A stretch of 64,000 nucleotides of DNA from positions 64,001 to 128,000 of the IMG/VR virus record IMGVR_UViG_3300046559_000446. The stretch is one strand, 5' to 3'. The DNA comes from a virus. Shown piece after piece: positions 48,417-57,241 of this stretch. Below the pieces are notes generated by a model that saw nothing but the letters and a program-made list of their open reading frames with translations, made no database searches and was not told the origin of the DNA. Within the stretch, counting starts at the first letter, position 1. Each line of letters begins with the position of its first letter. Both the position numbers and the translations under genes were made by a program.

Positions 48417-50713
48417 TGGCAAACATCCAGATCCCCAATCTCCCCGTCGCCGTTGCGCTGTCAGGCGACGAATCGCTCGAAATCGTGCAGGCCGGCGTTT
48501 CGGTGCGCGCCACCACCAAGCAGATGGCGCAACTGGCTGCGGTGGGAGAAGAAGGCCCGCCTGGGCCTCCTGGGCCTGTCGGCCCTCCTGGGCCAGCCAG
48601 CACGGTTCCAGGTCCGCAAGGCCCGCCAGGCACTGCCGGCAATCCTGGCGGCGCCGCCAATCAGATCCAGTACAACAACGGCGCGGGCGGCTTCGCCGGC
48701 TTCACGATGAGCGGCGATGGCACTCTGGTCGCCTCGACCGGCGCCATCACGATCACCAAGACCAATGGCGTGAATTTCGGCCCCTACGCCACGGCGACGA
48801 CGCTCCCCCAGTTCAGCAGCACTGTCGCGGGCATTGTTCCGGCGTCAGGCGGCGGATCGACCAAATTCTTGTGCGCGGATCAGACTTGGGCGATTCCTCC
48901 AGGCACTGGCGGCGGGGGAACAGTCACGACCCCCGGCGGCCTCAACGGCCAGCTTCAGTATAACAATGCAGGCGCTTTCGGCGGCATATCCACGAACGGC
49001 ACGGGCGTTCCGCTCGGCACGACTGGTTCAACCGGCGTCAGCCACATCACCGATGTCACCGTGACTGGAGTTGGATCTGGCACGGGAGCGAGCGTAACCC
49101 TCAATAAAACAGTGGGAAACACCAGCGCCATCTATGCCGAGACTGGCGGCGCCCTGCGCTGGCAATTGAGCCTTGGCGACAATGTGGCGGAAAGCGGCAG
49201 CAACGCAGGATCTAATTTTTCTCTTGCTCGCTTCACCGATGCGGGCGCGTGGGTGGACAACCCGATCAGCATCACTCGCTCCAATGGCGACACGACGCTG
49301 GTTCACAATCTTACGCTAGGTGGGAATGTCTACAGCAACGGCGGGCAACTCTCGGCAAGCGGCGCGAACGCCAATGTGTGGTTGAATAAGCCAGCTAGTG
49401 GAAGCGTGTGCGCGTTATACGGGGCTATGAACGGCAAGGCGCGCTGGCAAGTGACGGTTGGCGACAGCGCCGCCGAAAGCGGCAGCAACGTCGGATCTGA
49501 TTTTGGCCTATACCGTTTCAACGATGCCGGGGCATACCTCGACACCTCACTCGCCATCAGTCGTTCCAGCGGCGTCGCTACATTCTCACAGCAAGTTTAC
49601 GCTACTGGATTTAGGGTTGGCACAGGTACGGCTATCGCCGGCGATTCCATAGAACTCGGCAGGCCGGGGCAGAATGCGGCGGCTTTCATCGACTTTCACT
49701 CCGGTGCGAGCAGCACTGATTATGATTGCCGCATCATATCCGCTGGAGGCACGGCGTCGGCGGGTGCTGGCGCTCTTAGTCTGATTGGCGCCACTACGGG
49801 CGTAAGTGGAAATTTTAGCGTAAATGGGGCGTCAAATATTAACGCTCTGAATTGCGGTACGATTAATTCTAACAGCAGCGATTACAGGTGGGTCACTGGT
49901 GTTCAACCAAATACGCTTACGCTGTCTGATGCGTCATTCAATGGCGGTCAGTACCGTGATTTTCACATTCGTGGCGTTGATTCTGGCTACACGGTGGAAG
50001 TTCCGCTAAACGCCATATACCTCACTGCTCAAACTGTTCAGTGTGCTAATAACGTAAATGCCGCTGGCACCATCACTGGCGGAAATGTTACGGCAACCAG
50101 CACAGTTTCGGGAGCTTACGTAACTTCATCTGGAACTGTGAACGGGCAGACTGTTCAGGGAACTTATCTGTATTCGGCTGGAAATGTTAATTGCGCTGGA
50201 AACATGGGGGCCTCTGGCTCGGTTGATGGCGCTCAAGGCATCGTCGGTCGTCAAGGATCAGGCGGCGCGGCTGGACAGAATGTGTGCCAGTTCTGGGATG
50301 GCGCCCACATGAACCAGTATGTCGGCGGCACCTTCGTCGGCTACGTCCAATATATTTCCGACTACCGCGTCAAGGAGAACGTCGCGCCGCTGATGTCGGT
50401 GTGGGACCGCGTCAAGAACCTGAACCCGATCAAATACAGCCTCAAGGATTTCTCGCCAGAAGGTTTCAGGAACACGGTGGACGAGGCCGTGCCGCTGGTC
50501 ATAGGCGATGAAAAGGAACGCTGGGGCTTTCTTGCGCACGAGCTTCAGGCGGTGCTGATCGAAGATGCAGCGAGCGGCGTCAAGGACATCCCTAATCACA
50601 TTCAGACGCCCAACCCGTGGACAGTGATCGCGGCGTTGACCAAGACGCTGCAAGAGGCAATGGCGCGCATCGAAGACCAGGACGCCCGCATCAAAATCCT
50701 GGAGGGGGCATGA
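48416..50713 (+). CDS. Tail fibre 1 with C-terminal S74 intramolecular chaperone
   Basis: Collagen GPP repeats, G/S/T-rich body, SDYRVKENV...GFLAHELQ...coiled coil. Confidence 0.85.
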   Translation: MANIQIPNLPVAVALSGDESLEIVQAGVSVRATTKQMAQLAAVGEEGPPGPPGPVGPPGPASTVPGPQGPPGTAGNPGGAANQIQYNNGAGGFAGFTMSGDGTLVASTGAITITKTNGVNFGPYATATTLPQFSSTVAGIVPASGGGSTKFLCADQTWAIPPGTGGGGTVTTPGGLNGQLQYNNAGAFGGISTNGTGVPLGTTGSTGVSHITDVTVTGVGSGTGASVTLNKTVGNTSAIYAETGGALRWQLSLGDNVAESGSNAGSNFSLARFTDAGAWVDNPISITRSNGDTTLVHNLTLGGNVYSNGGQLSASGANANVWLNKPASGSVCALYGAMNGKARWQVTVGDSAAESGSNVGSDFGLYRFNDAGAYLDTSLAISRSSGVATFSQQVYATGFRVGTGTAIAGDSIELGRPGQNAAAFIDFHSGASSTDYDCRIISAGGTASAGAGALSLIGATTGVSGNFSVNGASNINALNCGTINSNSSDYRWVTGVQPNTLTLSDASFNGGQYRDFHIRGVDSGYTVEVPLNAIYLTAQTVQCANNVNAAGTITGGNVTATSTVSGAYVTSSGTVNGQTVQGTYLYSAGNVNCAGNMGASGSVDGAQGIVGRQGSGGAAGQNVCQFWDGAHMNQYVGGTFVGYVQYISDYRVKENVAPLMSVWDRVKNLNPIKYSLKDFSPEGFRNTVDEAVPLVIGDEKERWGFLAHELQAVLIEDAASGVKDIPNHIQTPNPWTVIAALTKTLQEAMARIEDQDARIKILEGA

Positions 50714-51417
50714 GCGCCGCAGACATCCTCAACCTTCCTGTCGCCATTGGCCTTTCAGGCGAGGAGTATATCGAGGTCGTCCAGGGCGGCACTCTCCATC
50801 GCGCCACGGTGAAGCACTTCAGCAAGCGGCTGCTGGAGGGCGAGATCCCCAATGGCGTCCTCGTGCTGGATGGCAAGGAGGGGCCGCCGGGAGGCGCGGG
50901 TCCGCCTGGTCCGCCGGGGCCTGATGGTCCGCCTGGCCCGCCGGGGCCACGGGGAGGGCAGGGTGAGCCTGGCCCGTTCGGGCCGACCTTCACGCCGATG
51001 TCTGGCGCTGTCATCCGCTCGTGGTCCGTCTACGACAACAATACGCACTTGTTCAAGGAACGCTACATTCTGGGGGCCGACTTCCAGAAGAAGAACTTCT
51101 ACCCGCAACTGATGCTCGCGCCCGCCGTGTCGGCGCTCGGCAACCGGCTGCGGCTGCGGGCCAAGGTCTGGTGTGTGGGCGCCGCCCACGATTGCGCGAT
51201 CAACGGCGGCATGTTCGTGAACGGCGAGAAGGCGGTGAGCGTCGCGCGCGCCTTTGCCGATTCGCCGCTGCTGTTCGACTATGAGTGCATCCCGACTGTT
51301 CTGACGCCGCAGATGTTCTCCTTCTGTATCGGCCCGTCAGACGTCGGCGTCGATTGCATTGTCAACGTGGGCCGACTGGTTCAGAGTTGCCTCGTCATCG
51401 AGGAGATCCAGGCGTGA
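50710..51417 (+). CDS. Short collagen-like fibre protein
   Basis: Shared N-terminal docking motif, (GPP)n tract, C-terminal globular domain. Confidence 0.75.
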   Translation: MSAADILNLPVAIGLSGEEYIEVVQGGTLHRATVKHFSKRLLEGEIPNGVLVLDGKEGPPGGAGPPGPPGPDGPPGPPGPRGGQGEPGPFGPTFTPMSGAVIRSWSVYDNNTHLFKERYILGADFQKKNFYPQLMLAPAVSALGNRLRLRAKVWCVGAAHDCAINGGMFVNGEKAVSVARAFADSPLLFDYECIPTVLTPQMFSFCIGPSDVGVDCIVNVGRLVQSCLVIEEIQA

Positions 51418-54400
51418 GCAATGTCCAGATCCCGAACCTGCCCGCCGCCGGCGCCCTGACTGGCACAGAGCAATTGGAGCTTGTGCAGGCTGGCGTCTCG
51501 GTGCGCGCTACGATTGCGCAAATTGTCACTGACGCGCAAGTTCCGACAGCATCTGACACCCTGCCAGGGATGGACGGCGGGGCCTCGGCGGGCGTCGAGG
51601 TGACCTATTCGCGCGGCGATCACATCCACCCGACCGACACCTCGCGCTATGCGGCGTCGAATCCGGCGAATTATGTGACGGCGGCTGCGCTGGGGCCTTA
51701 TGCCCTGATCGACAGCCAGGCGTTCACGGGGACGCCCTCGATGCCGACAGGCGCCACGGGCGTCACGCAGGCGGCGGCGGATAGTTCGACTAAGCTGGCG
51801 ACCACCGCCTTCGTTAAGGCCCAGGGTTACCAGGTGGCGTCCGCGCTCGGCACGATGTCCACCCAGAACGCCAATAGTGTGGCGATCACCGGCGGCGCCA
51901 TCAACGGGACGACCGTCGGGGCCACCACGCCTAGCACCGGCGCCTTCACTAATCTGTCGGCGTCGGGGACGGTGTCCGGAGCGGGGTTCACCGCGCTGCT
52001 CGCGCCCTATGCGCTGACGGCGAATGTTCCTGTTGCTTCCTCGACCAATCCCTCGATGGACGGGACGGTGGCGATTGGCGTAGGGACGACGTGGGCGCGC
52101 GCCGATCACGTCCACCCTTCCGATACTTCGCGCTATGCGGCGTCGAACCCAGCCGGCTATCAGACGGCGGCGCAAGTCACAGCTTCCCTGGGGCCTTACG
52201 CCCTGATCAATTCTCAGGTGTTCACGGGGACGCCCTCGCTGCCGACCGGCACGATTGGCGTGACGCAGGCGCCTGGCGATAGCTCGACCAAATTGGCGAC
52301 CACGGCTTTCGTCGGGGCGGCGACCACCGCCTTGGGCCTCGGCACGATGGCGGCGCAGAACGCCAACAGTGTCGCGATCACGGGCGGCGCCATCAACAAC
52401 ACGGCGATTGGCGCGACGACGCGCAGCAGCGGCGCTTTCACCACGCTGGCGGCCAACGGCGCGGCGACCTTCACATCCTCGCTGACGGCCTCGCCAGCCA
52501 GCGCCAATGTCACTCTGTCGCCCACCGGCACCGGCACGGTCATCATCAACCCGGCGACGGCTGGCTCCATCGACAATACGGCGGTGGGCGCGACGACGCC
52601 CAGCACCGGCAAGTTTACCACGCTGTCCGCGACGTCGATCAACAGCACCCCGATTGGCCCCACGACGCCCAGCACGGGCGCCTTCACCACTTTGAGCGCC
52701 AATGGCGCGGCGACGTTTACAGGCTCGCTGACGGCCTCGCCAGCCAGCGCCAACGTCACGTTTTCACCGACCGGCACCGGCACGGTCACCATCAACCCGG
52801 CGACGCTCGGCCATGTCGATAACACGGCAGTGGGCGCGACCACGCCCAGCACGGGCGCCTTTACCAATTTGTCCGCGACCGGCACGGTGTCGGGCGCCGG
52901 CTTCACCACGCTGCTGAACCCCTATGCGCTGGTCAATTCTCAGGTGTTCACCGGGACGCCATCGTTGCCGACTGGCACCATTGGCGTGACGCAGGCGACG
53001 GCCACCAACAACACGACGTTGGCGACTACCGCCTTTGTCAAGGCGCAGGCTTATCTGACCGGCAATCAGACCATCACCCATACGGGCGACGCCACCGGAT
53101 CTGGCACCACCAGCATCCCGATGACGGTCGTCCAGCTTCAGGGCAGGCCGCTCGCCGCCACCGCGCCTGCCACCGGCAACCTGATGGGCTGGAACGGCTC
53201 GACGTGGGGGCCGGTTGCGGCTGGCGCGGCGGCGGCTGGCGGCACCAACGGCCAGATCCAGTACAACAATGGCGGCGTCCTCGGCGGCTTGACGCTCAAC
53301 GGCACCGGCAATCCAGTCGGCACGACCAGCCCCACCTTGGCAGGCTCGGTGGTCATCAACGGCACGGCGCTCGGCAGTGTCGCGGGCAACTCGCAGATCG
53401 TCTTCTCGCCGGGTTCAACCGACACCAATGGCGAGTCGCTGCGCACTGAAATCCAGCGCAAGTCGGCGGGATCGGATTGGAGCACCGCCGCTTGGCAGAT
53501 CTACCGTCAGGTAGACAGCACCAAGATGGGCTATATCGAATTTAACAGCGGAAGCTCCAAGCCAATAGCTTTCGGTAATGGCGTCACTGAACATGCCTAT
53601 TTCGACAGCGGTAAAAACCTGACCATTTTCGGCAATGTGGCGGCGACTGAAGTTTCTTACACCAATGGTGTAAACCCAGCGGTTGTTCTGAGTAAAAGCG
53701 CGTCAGGTGGCACGTCTCGCATCGTCGGCTCGATGGCGGGTAGCCCCAGATGGCAGGAAATGCTTGGAGATGCATCAGCCGAAAGTGGCAGCAATGCTGG
53801 ATCAAATTATGGTCTGCAAAGATACACTGATGCTGGGGTTCTTATCGACGCGCCGTTTGCTATCAATCGCGCTTCTGGCATCGCCACGTTTTCGCAGGGG
53901 GTTGCTGCTGCGAGTTACACGGTAAATGCCTTAGCCGCTACCGATGCCGCTTTATACCTCAACAAGCCCGCATCTGGTCGAGCTTCAACTGTGTACGGCC
54001 AGATGGCTGGCTCGACTCGTTGGGGCATGAATTTTGGCGATTCTGGGGCTGAAGCCACAGGCAACGTCGGTTCTGATTTTGGCCTCGCCAGATTTGACAA
54101 CACGGGCGCGTTTATCGACAACCCGCTAACTATTAACCGTGCAACTGGCGCGGTGACGCTGAACCAGACCAACTCTAGCGGTGTGCTAAACCTCACTGCA
54201 ACAGCGGGCGTGTGGCCGCAGATTTCGCTCAATAAAGCGGCCAGCGGCGTGGGCGCTGTTGTAACTGGCACTAAGGCTGGCGTCGCTCGCTGGCAGGTGT
54301 CGCTGGGCGATCAGACCGCTGAAGGCACTGCCAATGCCGGGTCAAATTTCACAATATCCACTTTTTCCGATGCAGGCGCGTACGTAGGCAGTCCGTTTCT

Positions 54401-55658
54401 TATTGAGCGCGCCTCTGGTTACCTCCGGTTGAACGGCAACGGAGCCACTCCTACCACAGCATCCCCTGCGCCTTTTGGTCACAGTCAGGTTGTGCTCAAC
54501 AAGGCTGGATCGACAAAAGCATGCAATATTGTTGGTCAAAACAATGCTTTGCCTAGATGGGAAATTGATATTGGAGACACCACCGCAGAGAGTGGCAGCA
54601 ATGCCGGATCTAATTTTGGCATAGCAAGGTTCAATGATGCTGGTGCAGGCATAGACTATCCGTTCTCCATACTTCGTTCATCTGGGATTGCCACTTTTTC
54701 TAAAGCCGTAGTCGTACAAAGCTTCGACAATCTAGGTCAGCTTCGCCTTGTTGGCGGCAACTATGGCGCTGGCATACGCAATGATGGCGCAAGCTGCTAC
54801 CTCTTGCAGACTGCGGTGAGCGACCAGTATGGGGCGTTCAGCACTGCCCGTCCGTTCTCGTGGAACCTGTCCAACGGCGCTGTTAATATCGATGGCGGCG
54901 CTGCTGGAACTACATTTGGCGGCGCAATATCTACATCAGGTCAAATATACACTAGCGGAAGCATAATAGGCAGCGGTATTTATGCTTCTGGCGGTCAGAT
55001 GACCGTACAAACTAGCGGCGCTAACGGGTACATCAATCAATGCGACGCTTCTGGCAATGGCGGGCAGTTCAGAAACCTTACCATACGCGGGTTGGACGCT
55101 GGCTATTCTGGGCAAGTCAACTTGAGCGCGATAACCCTCGCTACGGCTCTTGTTACGTCCAACGGGATTATTGACGCTACGAATGGTTTTCGGTGCCGCC
55201 TTGGCGCTCCCGGCGGCGCGCTGGGCGCAAACGTGTTCAGCTACTTCTGGAACACCGACAACCATCTCTACGGCTCTGTGGACGCCACCAATCTGGGCTG
55301 GATCGCGTGGTCTTCCGACTACCGCATCAAGCGGGACATTGCGCCGCTGCCGTCGATGTGGGACCGCGTCAAGGCGCTGAAGCCGATCAGCTATTTCCAT
55401 AAGGATTGGACGCCAGAATGGGAGGCGCCGAAAGAAAATGGCGATGCGCCCGATCCACTGTTCAGGGACGATGGCGTAGAGAACTGGGGCTTCGTCGCGC
55501 ACGAGCTTCAAGAGACGCTGATCCAGAGCGCGGCGACCGGCGTCAAAGATGAAGCCGGTCTGGTGCAGGCGCCCAACCCGTGGACGGTGATCGCGACGCT
55601 GACCAAGGCGCTGCAAGAGGCAATGGCGCGCATCGAGGCGCTGGAGGCAAGGCCATGA
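51414..55658 (+). CDS. Long tail fibre 2 with C-terminal S74 chaperone
   Basis: Internal repeats (FTGTPSLPT, GTTPSTGAFT); SDYRIKRDI...GFVAHELQ. Confidence 0.85.
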   Translation: MSNVQIPNLPAAGALTGTEQLELVQAGVSVRATIAQIVTDAQVPTASDTLPGMDGGASAGVEVTYSRGDHIHPTDTSRYAASNPANYVTAAALGPYALIDSQAFTGTPSMPTGATGVTQAAADSSTKLATTAFVKAQGYQVASALGTMSTQNANSVAITGGAINGTTVGATTPSTGAFTNLSASGTVSGAGFTALLAPYALTANVPVASSTNPSMDGTVAIGVGTTWARADHVHPSDTSRYAASNPAGYQTAAQVTASLGPYALINSQVFTGTPSLPTGTIGVTQAPGDSSTKLATTAFVGAATTALGLGTMAAQNANSVAITGGAINNTAIGATTRSSGAFTTLAANGAATFTSSLTASPASANVTLSPTGTGTVIINPATAGSIDNTAVGATTPSTGKFTTLSATSINSTPIGPTTPSTGAFTTLSANGAATFTGSLTASPASANVTFSPTGTGTVTINPATLGHVDNTAVGATTPSTGAFTNLSATGTVSGAGFTTLLNPYALVNSQVFTGTPSLPTGTIGVTQATATNNTTLATTAFVKAQAYLTGNQTITHTGDATGSGTTSIPMTVVQLQGRPLAATAPATGNLMGWNGSTWGPVAAGAAAAGGTNGQIQYNNGGVLGGLTLNGTGNPVGTTSPTLAGSVVINGTALGSVAGNSQIVFSPGSTDTNGESLRTEIQRKSAGSDWSTAAWQIYRQVDSTKMGYIEFNSGSSKPIAFGNGVTEHAYFDSGKNLTIFGNVAATEVSYTNGVNPAVVLSKSASGGTSRIVGSMAGSPRWQEMLGDASAESGSNAGSNYGLQRYTDAGVLIDAPFAINRASGIATFSQGVAAASYTVNALAATDAALYLNKPASGRASTVYGQMAGSTRWGMNFGDSGAEATGNVGSDFGLARFDNTGAFIDNPLTINRATGAVTLNQTNSSGVLNLTATAGVWPQISLNKAASGVGAVVTGTKAGVARWQVSLGDQTAEGTANAGSNFTISTFSDAGAYVGSPFLIERASGYLRLNGNGATPTTASPAPFGHSQVVLNKAGSTKACNIVGQNNALPRWEIDIGDTTAESGSNAGSNFGIARFNDAGAGIDYPFSILRSSGIATFSKAVVVQSFDNLGQLRLVGGNYGAGIRNDGASCYLLQTAVSDQYGAFSTARPFSWNLSNGAVNIDGGAAGTTFGGAISTSGQIYTSGSIIGSGIYASGGQMTVQTSGANGYINQCDASGNGGQFRNLTIRGLDAGYSGQVNLSAITLATALVTSNGIIDATNGFRCRLGAPGGALGANVFSYFWNTDNHLYGSVDATNLGWIAWSSDYRIKRDIAPLPSMWDRVKALKPISYFHKDWTPEWEAPKENGDAPDPLFRDDGVENWGFVAHELQETLIQSAATGVKDEAGLVQAPNPWTVIATLTKALQEAMARIEALEARP

Positions 55659-56260
55659 CAATCGACAGAGAGTTTTTCTTCGACGCCGTCCGCGACGAAC
55701 TGTTCAGCGGCGGGATGGCGCAGTCTCAGGTGGACGGCATGAACAATCTGCTCAACATCTGGGAAGCCGACTATGCCGCCGCCAACCCGCGCGACGGCAA
55801 GATGTGGCTGTCCTACGGGCTGGCGACCGTGTACCACGAGAGCGCGCAGACCATGCAGCCCATCGAGGAGTATGGCAAGGGCGAGGGCCACAGCTACGCC
55901 GACCCGGACGGCCCCTACGGCCAGTCCTATTACGGGCGCGGCCACGTCCAGTTGACGTGGTTCGAAAACTACGAAAAGGGCGAGGCTGTCTTCAAGGAAA
56001 AATTCGACCGCAATGTGCCGATGGTCAAATACCCGCACCGCATGCTCGAGGAAGAGACGTCGGCGGTGATCCTGTTCGAAGGCATGATCGACGGCTGGTT
56101 TACCGGCGTCGGCCTGCCCGACTTCTTCAGCGCCGAAGAGGGCGAGGAAGATCCCTACAACGCCCGCAAGATCATCAACGGCCTCGACAAGGCCTCGACC
56201 ATCGAGGGCTATTATTGGGTGTTCAAAGAGGCGATTCGAGATGCGGAAAGCAGTGTTTAA
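55655..56260 (+). CDS. Endolysin, glycoside hydrolase family 19-like
   Basis: LATVYHES...YYGRGHVQLTW.ENY...ARKIING. Confidence 0.8.
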   Translation: MTIDREFFFDAVRDELFSGGMAQSQVDGMNNLLNIWEADYAAANPRDGKMWLSYGLATVYHESAQTMQPIEEYGKGEGHSYADPDGPYGQSYYGRGHVQLTWFENYEKGEAVFKEKFDRNVPMVKYPHRMLEEETSAVILFEGMIDGWFTGVGLPDFFSAEEGEEDPYNARKIINGLDKASTIEGYYWVFKEAIRDAESSV

Positions 56261-56465
56261 TGGATCGGTCATCGTCGCCGTCCTGACTGCCGCAGCCAAC
56301 GGCTCCATCGAGTGGCCGGGGGTTCTCGTCACGCCTGAACATATCGTGCAGATCCAGAAGGTGCTGTTCGCCGCGCTCAGTATTTGGGCGGTCGCATTGC
56401 CATTCATCTTGAAGGCGAGCAATGCTATTGATGATGCTGCCGTTAAAAAGGGACCGCCGTCATGA
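56241..56465 (+). CDS. Putative holin
   Basis: Two hydrophobic segments; overlaps the endolysin end. Confidence 0.5.
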   Translation: MRKAVFNGSVIVAVLTAAANGSIEWPGVLVTPEHIVQIQKVLFAALSIWAVALPFILKASNAIDDAAVKKGPPS

Positions 56466-57238
56466 CGGGGATCAGCGAACCGCTCACCTATAACAGCTAC
56501 GTCTCTGCCATCGCGACCCTTGCTGTCGTCCCGACGCAGGGAGACAGCGGTGGCGTGATGCATTTCACCGAGCCGAATCTCGATGGCGTCGTCCCACAGA
56601 TGCTGAATTACGCGGAGCTTCGCATCCAGCGCGACCTTAATCACCTGGCGTCGCAGAAAATGCGCTCCTACGCGCTGGCGGATGGCTCCTGGGAATTGGA
56701 CATCCCCTTCGATGATCTCGTCACCGTCCAAAACATCACTCTCGCGGGGGTGACCGACACCACTGTTTTCTCCGCATTGACGCCGGTGTCGAAAGAGTTT
56801 TGGCAAACCGTTTACATTGATCCCGACTATACCGCCGTCCCGAAATATTTCACGCCTGTCGGCGGCGAGTTAAATCCGGCGGGCGCCACATATCACATTT
56901 ACTCCATTATGCCGAAGCCAGATCAGCCGTATAAGGCTTATGTCACAGGCACCGCGCGCATGCCCTCGCTGTACATGAAAAAGAACTCTGAGCCTAACAG
57001 CGGAACAACCTTCATTTCGAGCCAGATGCCTGATCTTTTGCTGATGGCGAGCATGGTGTTTTTGAGCGCGTACCAGCGCAACTTTAGCTCGGCAGGCTCC
57101 GATCCGCAGATGCCGATCAATTACGAGACGCAATACCAGACCCTGCTGAAGGGCGCGATGGTGGAGGAAATGCGGCGCCGCTTCTTGATGGTGCCAGGGT
57201 CGAGCGATGCGCCGTCGCCGGCGAATATGAAGGGCTGA
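56462..57238 (+). CDS. Tail/neck structural protein
   Basis: YAELRIQRDL, P.PDQ.Y, PDLLLMASMV, YETQYQTLL. Confidence 0.7.
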   Translation: MTGISEPLTYNSYVSAIATLAVVPTQGDSGGVMHFTEPNLDGVVPQMLNYAELRIQRDLNHLASQKMRSYALADGSWELDIPFDDLVTVQNITLAGVTDTTVFSALTPVSKEFWQTVYIDPDYTAVPKYFTPVGGELNPAGATYHIYSIMPKPDQPYKAYVTGTARMPSLYMKKNSEPNSGTTFISSQMPDLLLMASMVFLSAYQRNFSSAGSDPQMPINYETQYQTLLKGAMVEEMRRRFLMVPGSSDAPSPANMKG

Positions 57239-57241
57239 CCC

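Noticed and set aside
50340-55658. Diversity-generating retroelement (similar 3' ends of the two tail fibres as TR/VR)
   Set aside because: Both copies are coding S74 chaperone regions, the differences are not adenine-specific, and no reverse transcriptase is present.
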